Source: Candidatus Bathyarchaeia archaeon (GTDB lineage: Archaea; Thermoproteota; Bathyarchaeia; Bathyarchaeales; Bathycorpusculaceae). Taken from it: a stretch of 64,000 bases of DNA. The notes beneath the pieces are model-generated. The model saw nothing but the letters and a program-made list of their open reading frames with translations. It was not told where the DNA came from and did no database searches. The stretch is from contig JBEKKK010000001.1 in NCBI GenBank assembly GCA_050010755.1, forward strand, positions 1,184,001 to 1,248,000, in the 5' to 3' direction. Positions 38,335-47,911 of the stretch are shown in pieces; positions within the stretch are counted from its first letter, which is position 1, and the number at the start of each line of letters is the position of its first letter. The position numbers and the translations under genes are program-made.

Positions 38335-40086
38335 ATGGATGAGATGAACACTGAGCTCAAGGAATCCATTCGCAAGACGGCTTTGTTGAACGCAATTAGA
38401 CACGATGGCAAGGCGCAGTCTGGGCCTGTTGTTGGAAAAATACTGGGTGAAAAACCTGAATATAGGTCCAAGGTTAAGGAGGTCTCAGAGCTCGTAGTCC
38501 AGGTCATTCGAGAAGTCAACGCTCTTTCGTTGGACGAACAGCTGCACATTATTCAGGAAGAATGGCCCGAGGCTCTCGTGAAGGAGAAAGTGCAGGAGGA
38601 GAAGTATCTGCCGCCTTTGGCGAACGCGTCGAACTATTCGCAAATTGTTACGCGATATTCGCCGAACCCCGATTGCGTGCTGCACTTGGGGTCTGCTAGG
38701 GCCATTGTGCTGAGTCACGAGTATGCGCGCATGTACAAGGGCAAATTCATACTTCGCTTCGAAGATACAGATCCCAAGTTGAAAAGGCCGGTTTTGGAGT
38801 TCTACGATTGCATCAGGGAGGACTTGGCTTGGCTTAATTGCAGACCTGACGAGGAGTATATCCAGAGCGACAGAATCCCAATATACTATGAGTATGCTGA
38901 GAAGCTGCTCAAGGATGGTAACGCTTATGTCTGCACGTGTGAGCCTGAACAGTTTCGGAGGAGAATTCTGGCTCAAGAGCCTTGTGAATGTCGCGATTGT
39001 CCGCGGGAAGAGCATCTCGCGAGGTGGAAGCGTATGCTTGATGGGGGCTACAGGGAGGGCGAGGCCGTCGTTCGCGTCAAGACGGACTTGAATCACCCAA
39101 ACCCTGCTGTGCGCGATTGGCCTGCCCTCCGCGTTCTTGACACCGAGAAGTACCCTCATCCGAGAGTCGGAAGCAAATATCGCGTATGGCCACTTTATAA
39201 TCTCGCAGCTGGAGTTGATGATCACCTGATGGGAATCACTCATATCATTCGAGGGAAGGAGCACCTCACGAATCAGGTTCGTCAGGAGTACATGTATCAA
39301 CACTTGGGCTGGAAGTATCCTGAAACCATTCACTACGGGAGATTGAAGATTACAGGAGCTTCTCTGAGCAAGTCGAAGATTGTTCAAGGAATGAGGGAAG
39401 GGCTCTACAAGAACTGGGACGATCCGCGCTTAGCGACTTTCGTGGCCCTGCGCAGGCGTGGAATAAGCCCTGAGGCGATCAGAAGGCTGATGATCGATAT
39501 AGGACCAAAAACATCCGATGTCGTGCTGAGCTGGGAGAACCTTTACGCTCACAACCGCAAGATACTAGATCCAGTCGCTGACAGGTACTTCTTTGTGCAA
39601 GACCCGCTGGAGCTAACCGTGAAGCAGGTTCCCAAAAATTATCTAATCAAACTTCGGTTGCATCCTGACCATCCTGAAAGAGGGTTCAGGGAATACACGA
39701 TAACACCGACGGGAAACGATGACCACGTGGCCTTTTGGGTTTCAAGAAAAGACGTAGATGCCTCAAAGGTGGGGACGGTGCTTCGCCTGATGGAATTGTT
39801 CAACGTGAAAATTCTGACAGCAAACATCTATGCAGCTGAAGCCTCCTTCATGAGCGAGTCCTACGAGCAGGCAAGGGATATTAAGGCGCAGTTGATTCAC
39901 TGGATTCCAGTGGGCGAGGATATGCCCTGCCAAGTTGTGATGCCCGATGCAACTTTGGCAGAGGGCGTTGCAGAAGGCCTCTGCAGAAGGCTGAAGAAGG
40001 ACGATGTCGTGCAGTTCGAGCGGTTTGGATTCGTTAGGATAGACAAGAATGACAATAAGTTGACGGCCTACTACGCCCAAAAGTGA
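38335..40086 (+). CDS. gltX: Glutamate--tRNA ligase
   Basis: PNP...LHLG, RFEDTDP, THIIRGKEH, LSKS, WDDPRL.T, QFERFGF. Confidence 0.96.
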   Translation: MDEMNTELKESIRKTALLNAIRHDGKAQSGPVVGKILGEKPEYRSKVKEVSELVVQVIREVNALSLDEQLHIIQEEWPEALVKEKVQEEKYLPPLANASNYSQIVTRYSPNPDCVLHLGSARAIVLSHEYARMYKGKFILRFEDTDPKLKRPVLEFYDCIREDLAWLNCRPDEEYIQSDRIPIYYEYAEKLLKDGNAYVCTCEPEQFRRRILAQEPCECRDCPREEHLARWKRMLDGGYREGEAVVRVKTDLNHPNPAVRDWPALRVLDTEKYPHPRVGSKYRVWPLYNLAAGVDDHLMGITHIIRGKEHLTNQVRQEYMYQHLGWKYPETIHYGRLKITGASLSKSKIVQGMREGLYKNWDDPRLATFVALRRRGISPEAIRRLMIDIGPKTSDVVLSWENLYAHNRKILDPVADRYFFVQDPLELTVKQVPKNYLIKLRLHPDHPERGFREYTITPTGNDDHVAFWVSRKDVDASKVGTVLRLMELFNVKILTANIYAAEASFMSESYEQARDIKAQLIHWIPVGEDMPCQVVMPDATLAEGVAEGLCRRLKKDDVVQFERFGFVRIDKNDNKLTAYYAQK

Positions 40087-40400
40087 CGATGGTGAAGCGT
40101 TTGAGACAGCAAGACAAGATAATTATCTGGCCCGCTTACTTCGATTCGACCAAGACCAGAGACAATGGAAGAAGAGTGCCAAGAAATCTGGCTGTTCCGT
40201 TCCCCAAAATCGCAGAGGTTAAAGAGGCTGCGGAGAAGCTTGGTTTGGCGCATGAGCTCGTCGCTGATGTTGGCTATTCAAAGACGCCTTGGCTGAAAAC
40301 AGGCATGATCCTGGTTAAGAAAAAGGGTTCAAAAGGCCAGATAGTTTCTCTCATTGCTAAACAGCTTATGAAAACCCGTAGTGTTCCCAGTTTGAAGTGA
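40083..40400 (+). CDS. srp19: Signal recognition particle protein SRP19
   Basis: IWPAYFD...R..GRRVP. Confidence 0.9.
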   Translation: MTMVKRLRQQDKIIIWPAYFDSTKTRDNGRRVPRNLAVPFPKIAEVKEAAEKLGLAHELVADVGYSKTPWLKTGMILVKKKGSKGQIVSLIAKQLMKTRSVPSLK

Positions 40401-40403
40401 CGC

Positions 40404-40799
40404 TTAGGTTTTTTCCTCTCCGGTCAGGACAGCATTCAATATTCCGTGTTGTCCAGGCCGTGAAGTGATGCGCGCTTGGCCCAAAGGTGTCTCCACCACT
40501 GCGCCTTTAGTTATTACCCCTCTGCGGTCGTAGTCAATGTTTGCGCGGTTTTTCACGACTCGCACAACCTCAGTCTTCTCGGTTTTTCCAGTCTTAGTAT
40601 CGGTCACAGATACTTGCTTTTCGCTCAAAATCTTGAGCTTGACGTTTCCTCCTCTTCCCCGATTCAACTTCCGTTTCTGCTCACCCATGAGGGTCTCTGC
40701 TGGAAACGTGCCTTGCTCGTATTTCCTCTTCTTTCTGTAGCCCTTTCTTCTGGCTCCAGACCGAGTTTTTTTGTGCTGGTCGCCGTGCCAAACGGACAT
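40404..40799 (-). CDS. rps8e: 30S ribosomal protein S8e
   Basis: RGRGGN.K, ITKG, ITSRPGQ.G..NA. Confidence 0.95.
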   Translation of the reverse strand: MSVWHGDQHKKTRSGARRKGYRKKRKYEQGTFPAETLMGEQKRKLNRGRGGNVKLKILSEKQVSVTDTKTGKTEKTEVVRVVKNRANIDYDRRGVITKGAVVETPLGQARITSRPGQHGILNAVLTGEEKT

Positions 40800-40835
40800 G
40801 GTTTTCTCACTTGATGCTAAATTTGGTGTTCACTA

Positions 40836-41021
40836 TCACCATCTGTTTAAATATAAACCTATCCGTTTCCCGCGAATATTCAATACAGAATGTTCCGAAA
40901 TATTCCCTTTTTCTTTATCGTTCATGTTCATGCAGATGTTGCATTTTGGACAGTGGCCGTATCCGCCCTGAATGCATGTGCCGCACATATCGCAGAGTCT
41001 TGTTAAGCAACAATCAGCCAT
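40836..41021 (-). pseudogene. Truncated paralog of the C4C4 RING-like protein at 59620-59796
   Basis: First 30 aa (MADCCLTRLCDMCG...GGYGHCPKCNIC) match the intact copy; the last two CxxC pairs are lost. Confidence 0.6.
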
Positions 41022-41150
41022 GCGCTTTCGACTTCCTGACCCTCGTCCGAATCAGACAGAGGTTGTTTTGCATTGAAAGCTAAAAGCTGTGTGTCGATAG
41101 GACTATGGCGCGACTGGGAGAGGACAGTCGAAGTGAAAAAATGAATGGGG

Positions 41151-44100
41151 TTATGGGTCTGTGCTTCCGAAGTGTCTGGCAATCAACGCGATGTCTTTCA
41201 TGTCGATTCTTCCGTCGTTGTTGAAGTCTGCGTTAGGGTTCCAGTTGCTGGAACCTGGCATTGATCCGAAGGCTCTTGCGACTAGGGCTATGTCTCGCAT
41301 GTTAACCGTGCCGTCAGGCCATCCCTTCGGACCTGTAATGTCGCATGGAATTGAGACGATGACCCAGCCGCCTGTGCAGTTGTTGTTCGCCGTATTTGTT
41401 TCGCCTGGAACAGGCCAAGCATAAGCGCTTAACGTGTAGTTACCGTAGGCAAACCCAGTGGTGTTCCATGTGAACGTGAGTGTTGTTGAGGTTCCAGATG
41501 CTAGCGTTACGTTTTGTGACGCAACAGAGGTTGTGTTGGCATATGCTGTGACATTGAAGGTTTCTGTGTAGTTGCCTTGGTCTGCCACTGTGACGGTTAT
41601 GTTGGCGTTGAAGCCTTGACCGACCACAGTTTTAGAACTTGCAACGTTGGTGACAGCTACGTCGTGGGTTCCGATGTTCACTGTAACGTTCGCGTTGTTA
41701 GACGTTGCCTGCACTCCGACGCTGTCGGTGACATTTGCATAGATTGTGTACCAGCCTGCTGATGTAGGTGTGAAAGCCCAGCTAAAATTGGCGCTTGGAA
41801 CTGCTGAGCCATTCAAACACCATTGATAAGAGTATGGTAACGTACCGCCGGAAACGGTTGAATTGAACGTTTGAGACTGGCCAACATCCATAGTGACAGA
41901 ACTGGGCAAAACAGATACAGAAAGAGGACTGTTCACGTTAACAGTTGCAGTGTTGGAAATGGCAATTTCACCTAAGCTGTCAGTCACGTTGAGATAAACC
42001 GTGTAAGAGCCAGATGAATTCGGCGTAAAGGTCCACGTGGCGTCTGTAGCGCCTGAGACTAGAGCACCGTTGAGATACCACTGAAAAGAGTATGGCGAAG
42101 TGCCGCCAGAGACGTTTGACGTATACAGCTCGGACTGACCAACATCCACAATGACAGAGGCAGGCGATACGCTAACTGAAGGCAAAGAAGTAACTGTCAC
42201 AACTAAAATCTTAACGGTCCCGAGCTGAATAATAACACCGCTGGAACTAGACGATAATGGCTGCGCCACCGCCTGCAAGTACCAATCCCAAGTATTTCCA
42301 ATGTCACTAGGATAATCTGGCACTGAAACCGTAACTGGTAAGTAGAGGACGGAATTCGGCGCGATGGTGCCATCCATCTGTGCGATTGTGACGATAGGCA
42401 TTTCTGTTCCGGCGATTGACGTTCTAGCCTCGATATAAATCGTGTAATCCATTGTAAAATCGCCTTGATTGAGGAGTCCCCAACTTCCAGTAGCCTGTCC
42501 GCCTATCGATATGTTCTGTGGTGTGGAAGACGATTCCCACATATTGAATATTGAACCACCGATTTCGCCAAAAGCAAACTGGCCATTGACCGTCACATTC
42601 GCGGGAATAGACGTTGCCTGTACTCCAAGGCTGTCAGTAGCAACCACGCATATAGTGTCAGAACCAGGCAATTTGGGCGTGAATGTCCAAGTTGAACTTG
42701 TAGCGTTTGAAACTGCGTCGCCGTTGAAGTACCATTGATAAGAGTAGGGTCCTGTGCCGTCGGAAACGCTTGAATTGAACAGTTGAGGCTGCTCACCAGT
42801 CAAGGTAACTGAGATGGGCGAAATGCTCACAGAAGGTAAAGCGTTCACAGTTACAGGAGCAGTGTTAGATGCTACCTGCACTCCGACGCTGTCAGTGACG
42901 TTCACTTGCACCGTGTAGAAACCTGTTGATGTTGGAGTGAAAACCCACGTTGCGTCTGTGGCGCCCGAAATAGGCACACCGTCGAGATACCACTGAAAAG
43001 AGTATGGTGACGTGCCACCTGAAACGGTTGAGTTAAACGTTTGAGACTGACCAAAATCCAAATTAATTGACGCAGGCGAAATGCTGACTGTGGGAGGCAG
43101 AGGGTTTACCATAATAGTCGTGCTATTGTAAACAAAAACTCCAGCACTATCAATGATACCCACAGTTACGGCGAAGTACGCCGGTAACTCTGCTCCGTAT
43201 GGGAGTTCCTTCGATGGCACAAATGTGCATGCTTGACCACTGCCAAGCTGCGTGTCTAGCCCATTTGGAGTTACATTAAGATACCACGCCCACCAGTTAT
43301 TGTGGCGCCCGCTAGAGAGCTCATAGTAATATGGAGGGGTTCCGCAGGATACGTTGCAGGTGAAGGTTTGAGACTGATCAATATTGATGGTTGGTGAGGT
43401 GGGTGAGATGGTTACAGAAGGTCCTGCGATTACCGTGACGTTCGCTGTGTCAGACATAATTTGGGCACCGGCGCTATCGTTGATCGCCACATTAACCGAA
43501 TAAAACCCTGGAGAAGAGGGCTCGAAACAATATGTTGGCCACTCGCCGCCCGTGGGAGAACCGTTGAGATACCACTGATAAGAGTATGGAGACGTGCCGC
43601 CAATAATACTTGAATTGAAAGTCAGAGACATGGCCTCACCGTTAACATCCACACCCACTTCCAAGTTAGAGGTGAGGGGCGAGATACTTACGGAAAGGCT
43701 GGGGTTCACCGTAACGTTTGCCGTGTTAGATACTGCTTGTATACTATCGTTATCAGTAACTACCACATAAAAAGAATTAAGCCCTGGAGATGGTGGAGCA
43801 AACGTATACGCTGTGTCATTGGCGTCAGCAACTGTAGAACCGTTAAGATACCACTGATAAGAGTTCGACGACATAAAAGCATCAGGACCCAAACTTAAAA
43901 TTTGAGATTGCCCAAAATCCAAATCAACCGAAGCGGGCTCTAGCAGAGGGGGAAGAACCACTACGGGGAAAGATATTCGAACTCCCGAGTTAAAAATGAC
44001 ACCGCCTCCTGCTGATGACTGCGATTCTCCGATTGCTGCGACGGCAAAGTTCCAGGCGGAACCTACTTCCGAAGGATAACACGGCACTATTGCAATGATA

Positions 44101-45647
44101 TTAATTGTAATCTGCTGGCGAGGAAGTAACGTCCCGCTGGTCGGCGTAATGGTTAACGTGGGTGGAACCGAACCATCAGATATATCGCTAAGAAGAACAC
44201 TACCTATTGAAAAATTAAGTGGGGATTCTCCCGCGTTAAAAACATACCAGTCCCAGTTTTCTTGTCCGCCACTCGGGACGGAGATGTTAATCGGGCCGGC
44301 CGTTGCGCCTATTTGGCCTGGTCCAGGAGGCGGAGGAGTGAAAGTAACGCTTACGTAAGCAGAGGCGGCAAGTCCATTGCTGTCAATAGCTGTAACATTG
44401 ATCGTGTATGTTCCCGATTGGGCATACGTGTAGGTCTGCGGGAATCCACCACTGGAAGATTGGCCATCCCCCCACTGCCAGGTTATGCTCGTGATAGTTG
44501 CTCCGTAGGTCGTTGGCTCGGCGGTTCCATTGATAGTAACTGATAAATCGTTGAGACAGGCTGGGTAAAGAACTATTATTGGCTGTCCATTAACTGACAC
44601 GGCGGGCATCAAGCCATTCGGCGGGTAAGATCTTAACCTGACCCAATACACGGTTAAGGTTCCTGAATTATCGCCGCCTCCAGAAAAGAACATCACAGGG
44701 CTGGGCGAAGAGAGGCCTGCGGGGATTGTGTCTGTTTGTATATAGTTGTTTTGGAATGAGCTTGAAGATGATGAGGAAGCATACACGGTGAGGACCTCGT
44801 TGGTTCCATCTGTTAGATATGCAATATTTCCAGCAATACTCCCATTAGTGCTGGTCACTACATCGCCGGTGCCTGCTCCTCCCAAGGCGCCGTTAAATCC
44901 AAAACCCACGACTCCATAGCCTGTGGGTGGACTGATAGAGTAACCACCGCCTATCATGCTGGTGTCCGAAGCTGAAGCAGTATTGGCCGAGCCGTAAAAG
45001 TCAAGCACCCGAGAGGGATCCAAACCATAATTTGAACTTGTTTGTACGTAACAAAATGAACTCCCAGGAACCTGAAGCTGGTTATTTGTCATGATTGGCC
45101 CAGTAGCGTTCCAGCCTGATGGAACATTGGATCCGGCAAAATTCTGGTATAGAGTTGGAAAAACGAATGAGCCAGTATCGTACTCTCCATAGACGGGGCT
45201 AAGCTCAGGTGCTTCCCCGGTTGTCTGGGCGTTGAAGAGATTTGTCGATGTGGATGCGAATCCCATGTAAAGCGTTACGTTAGACAATGCGGGGATTCCG
45301 GTAGCGATGTTTAGCCAGTAGACCGTGTTTGTTGCAGTATTTGTGTTTCCTGATTCGAGCCAACTTGGAATAATTGCCCCGTTGGAATTGAAGAACTCAA
45401 CATTTTGTAGGTCTGGCGCTTCATACGACATGTACGCGGTGCTATCTACTGCTATCATCTGTTGGAACGGAGTCGAAGTCGCTACCAGTTGAGTGTTGAA
45501 AAGCGTAATTGGAACGGAATAGACTATTCCTGCGGGCGGAAAGTCAGCCCTCGCTATTTTGGACGCTACTGCTAACATGCTAACTATGAGCAAAAGCAGC
45601 ATTAGGCTTGAAACAGTCTTCCTAACCAGTCTAACTCCCTTCCTCAA
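41151..45647 (-). CDS. Large secreted surface protein: DUF2341-like, PKD, Ig-like repeats, CARDB, C-terminal dockerin
   Basis: Signal peptide; WQWGDG...TY...G.Y PKD; about 7 SGGT.PYS.QWYLNG repeats; HDVAVTNV CARDB; two DxxxDGxxxMxDIAL.AR.FG dockerin halves. Confidence 0.85.
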   Translation of the reverse strand: MRKGVRLVRKTVSSLMLLLLIVSMLAVASKIARADFPPAGIVYSVPITLFNTQLVATSTPFQQMIAVDSTAYMSYEAPDLQNVEFFNSNGAIIPSWLESGNTNTATNTVYWLNIATGIPALSNVTLYMGFASTSTNLFNAQTTGEAPELSPVYGEYDTGSFVFPTLYQNFAGSNVPSGWNATGPIMTNNQLQVPGSSFCYVQTSSNYGLDPSRVLDFYGSANTASASDTSMIGGGYSISPPTGYGVVGFGFNGALGGAGTGDVVTSTNGSIAGNIAYLTDGTNEVLTVYASSSSSSSFQNNYIQTDTIPAGLSSPSPVMFFSGGGDNSGTLTVYWVRLRSYPPNGLMPAVSVNGQPIIVLYPACLNDLSVTINGTAEPTTYGATITSITWQWGDGQSSSGGFPQTYTYAQSGTYTINVTAIDSNGLAASAYVSVTFTPPPPGPGQIGATAGPINISVPSGGQENWDWYVFNAGESPLNFSIGSVLLSDISDGSVPPTLTITPTSGTLLPRQQITINIIAIVPCYPSEVGSAWNFAVAAIGESQSSAGGGVIFNSGVRISFPVVVLPPLLEPASVDLDFGQSQILSLGPDAFMSSNSYQWYLNGSTVADANDTAYTFAPPSPGLNSFYVVVTDNDSIQAVSNTANVTVNPSLSVSISPLTSNLEVGVDVNGEAMSLTFNSSIIGGTSPYSYQWYLNGSPTGGEWPTYCFEPSSPGFYSVNVAINDSAGAQIMSDTANVTVIAGPSVTISPTSPTINIDQSQTFTCNVSCGTPPYYYELSSGRHNNWWAWYLNVTPNGLDTQLGSGQACTFVPSKELPYGAELPAYFAVTVGIIDSAGVFVYNSTTIMVNPLPPTVSISPASINLDFGQSQTFNSTVSGGTSPYSFQWYLDGVPISGATDATWVFTPTSTGFYTVQVNVTDSVGVQVASNTAPVTVNALPSVSISPISVTLTGEQPQLFNSSVSDGTGPYSYQWYFNGDAVSNATSSTWTFTPKLPGSDTICVVATDSLGVQATSIPANVTVNGQFAFGEIGGSIFNMWESSSTPQNISIGGQATGSWGLLNQGDFTMDYTIYIEARTSIAGTEMPIVTIAQMDGTIAPNSVLYLPVTVSVPDYPSDIGNTWDWYLQAVAQPLSSSSSGVIIQLGTVKILVVTVTSLPSVSVSPASVIVDVGQSELYTSNVSGGTSPYSFQWYLNGALVSGATDATWTFTPNSSGSYTVYLNVTDSLGEIAISNTATVNVNSPLSVSVLPSSVTMDVGQSQTFNSTVSGGTLPYSYQWCLNGSAVPSANFSWAFTPTSAGWYTIYANVTDSVGVQATSNNANVTVNIGTHDVAVTNVASSKTVVGQGFNANITVTVADQGNYTETFNVTAYANTTSVASQNVTLASGTSTTLTFTWNTTGFAYGNYTLSAYAWPVPGETNTANNNCTGGWVIVSIPCDITGPKGWPDGTVNMRDIALVARAFGSMPGSSNWNPNADFNNDGRIDMKDIALIARHFGSTDP

Positions 45648-45949
45648 ACTCCAAATTAGCTTTCCGTCATAAGAAGTTTGTGAAAGAGTCTTCCATCATC
45701 ATCCACGTCGATACTATCAAGACGTGACCTAGAGAGAACGGTTGAGGCGAAGCAAGGAAAAAAGAGTTCGAATGGAAATAATAACTTAGCGCTTTTATAT
45801 GCCGCCCTCTGCCCTGTATTATATGTCTGCTATTCTTGGCCCGAAAGGCATGGACGAGAACGAGCTGAAATAATACCTAGAAATTATTTCTAAGCGTCAA
45901 GTCCTTGGGGTACTGTACTGATTTAGAAACACCGTTGCTAAGTTTCCGA

Positions 45950-46419
45950 TTATTTGAAGAGGTCTGGCTTGTTTTCTTCCCATGAGCCAGAAACGTAGTC
46001 GCTCGTTGAGCCGAGGCTTTTGAGTCCCCCGAACTCTTTAAGTTTCCAGGCGTCGCTCTTGAATATCCCTTTGCCATATAGGTTTCGCAGCAGCCGCGTA
46101 GCCAGTGTGGGAAGAGGTCAACCGTAAGTTTGAGGATCTCCTGTGGACGCTTTCTCTGAAGGTGCTCATGCCAGTGGAGCGTTCCGTTAGGCGTAGCGGA
46201 AGGGAAAACGTAGCAGTCTCTGTCAGGGACCATCTAACGCCATTCATGAACAATCATGCTTAACTTTGCCATTGGTCCAACAAGCGGAAGAATTATCTCT
46301 TTCCGCAATTGTCCATGCTTCAAAGGCTGCACGTTGGCCAGATAAATCATGTCAGGGAAGCTTTCGAACTGGATTTTTTTGAAGGTAATAGCTTCTGAGA
46401 TTCTGCAGCCTGAAAGAAA
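45950..46419 (-). pseudogene. Decayed tyrosine recombinase/integrase catalytic domain
   Basis: FLSGCRISEA (box I), LKH, PHWLR (box II), STSDYV (Tyr) after a frameshift at ~46078; in-frame TAG at 46234-46236. Confidence 0.72.
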
Positions 46420-46623
46420 TCATAAGAGCCTGGGGAATGAACCCCGAGGAAATCTTGACGAGAAAAGAGTTCTCAGAACCACACGCAACCTACACTTCCG
46501 GCGAACATGAAGAACAGGCAATCAAAGAACTTAGCAATGCACTTAAGGAAATGATGCATAAGGAGTTATTGGATGGTTCAAGGAAAGACGGGAACTAAAA
46601 TGTATCGAATATCTCCTAGGAAC

Positions 46624-47235
46624 CTATCCGTTTTCGGTTCGAGTATCCTCCACTTTAGGAAAATTCTCAAAAACTTGTTTTAACTCTCTCTTCATTGATG
46701 CTGTGTCTTGGCTTAGCCCAAAATAATCAGCGAAATATTCGGTTGTTCTGAGGACCAATGAACGTCCGTTTCTTTCGCTGGCAATCAAACCCATGTCTTT
46801 AAGCTCTTTTATGTGGCCGTAGGCATGGTGACCGCGCACATCAACGACTCTCTTCTGCACTATAGGTTGCCGGTATGCTATGTACGAAAGCGTCTTCAAT
46901 GGACCGACTGAGAGCAGCGGTCTATTGATGAATCTTCTGACGTTCGGCGTGAAATCGCTTTTTAGCTGCATGACAAATCTCTCATCTTTTAGTTTCAGGA
47001 TTTCGAGGGCTGTGTTCCTGTTTAAGTAGTCTTGAATCAGTTTTTCCACAACCTTTCTTGTCCTAGCCTTTGACCTTGTCTTCAGAACCGAGCACAACTC
47101 GTTCATGTCCAGTGGGTGCCCCGCGACGTATAATGCAGCTTCCACAAGCACTAGGTCATGCTTCGGTTTGCTTTCTTTTTCATCTTGTCCAACTTCCACG
47201 TTGGAGTCGACTGGCAGTTTCTCAGCTTCTTGCAA
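46624..47235 (-). CDS. scpB: SMC-Scp complex subunit ScpB
   Basis: VEAALYV...PL, LKTLSYIAYRQPI, RG, TTEYF..YFGL. Confidence 0.93.
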   Translation of the reverse strand: MQEAEKLPVDSNVEVGQDEKESKPKHDLVLVEAALYVAGHPLDMNELCSVLKTRSKARTRKVVEKLIQDYLNRNTALEILKLKDERFVMQLKSDFTPNVRRFINRPLLSVGPLKTLSYIAYRQPIVQKRVVDVRGHHAYGHIKELKDMGLIASERNGRSLVLRTTEYFADYFGLSQDTASMKRELKQVFENFPKVEDTRTENG

Positions 47236-47911
47236 GATTTAACTCTCCAACCGTGATGTAAATCTCCTCTGTCTCCTCGTTCTGCCACAGGTTTATCCTT
47301 CCCTCTTGGGCGAGAAAGAGCAGAAGGATGAATGTGCGGACGGCCTCCAGTCTTCCAACATCCTTTACGAGGGTTGAGAGTTCTATCAAGCCTGCGCCTT
47401 TCACTCTCTCGGACAGAGATGCGTAGAGTTTTTCCATCTGGAGTTCGATTTCCATCAGGTACAAATCCAGTTGTGGAAGAATCTCTGACGGTGTCGGCAG
47501 AACGTTTTGTGCAATCGTTTTTTCTAAGTGTATCAATTTTTCGCCCTTCAACACGTCATCAAGAACTTCTAGCAGGTTTTTTATCGTTGTTGATGTGAGT
47601 TCGTGTCTGAGGGGCAGAAACAGGGGAGGGGGCAAAAAGTCTAGTGGTCCCTTTGGCGGTGGCGGAGGCTCCTCTAGCTTGAGTAAGAGTCTGGACTTCA
47701 TGAGGTATATTAGGGCTGAAGAATCAAGGGCCACGCCGGAGGCTCTGAAATCGACTTGTCCTGTCTTCTCCATGCGTTCAAGGAATGATGTAAGCAAATA
47801 GGCAATGTTGACGTTCCATGGTGCAAGCTTCTCGAGTTTGTTAAACTCGAAGAGGATGTTCCATGGGGGAAGCAGGTAGAAAGGTTTTCTTATTGCCGCA
47901 GGCGTGGAAAT
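47222..47911 (-). CDS. scpA: Kleisin ScpA (non-canonical start likely)
   Basis: PWNVNI..LL..F, DFR.SG.AL.SSA..Y..KS, F..LLFLA..G.I.L.Q; frame open 38 codons upstream of the ORF-track start. Confidence 0.85.
   Translation of the reverse strand: MSTPAAIRKPFYLLPPWNILFEFNKLEKLAPWNVNIAYLLTSFLERMEKTGQVDFRASGVALDSSALIYLMKSRLLLKLEEPPPPPKGPLDFLPPPLFLPLRHELTSTTIKNLLEVLDDVLKGEKLIHLEKTIAQNVLPTPSEILPQLDLYLMEIELQMEKLYASLSERVKGAGLIELSTLVKDVGRLEAVRTFILLLFLAQEGRINLWQNEETEEIYITVGELNLARS

Noticed and set aside
38485-39387. Long antisense ORFs (300 aa opposite gltX; also 4513-5223, 24852-25448)
   Set aside because: Shadow frames of well-conserved genes with no motifs of their own.
40400-41150. SRP RNA near srp19/rps8e
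   Set aside because: No GC-rich ~300-nt region or helix 8 motif is visible.
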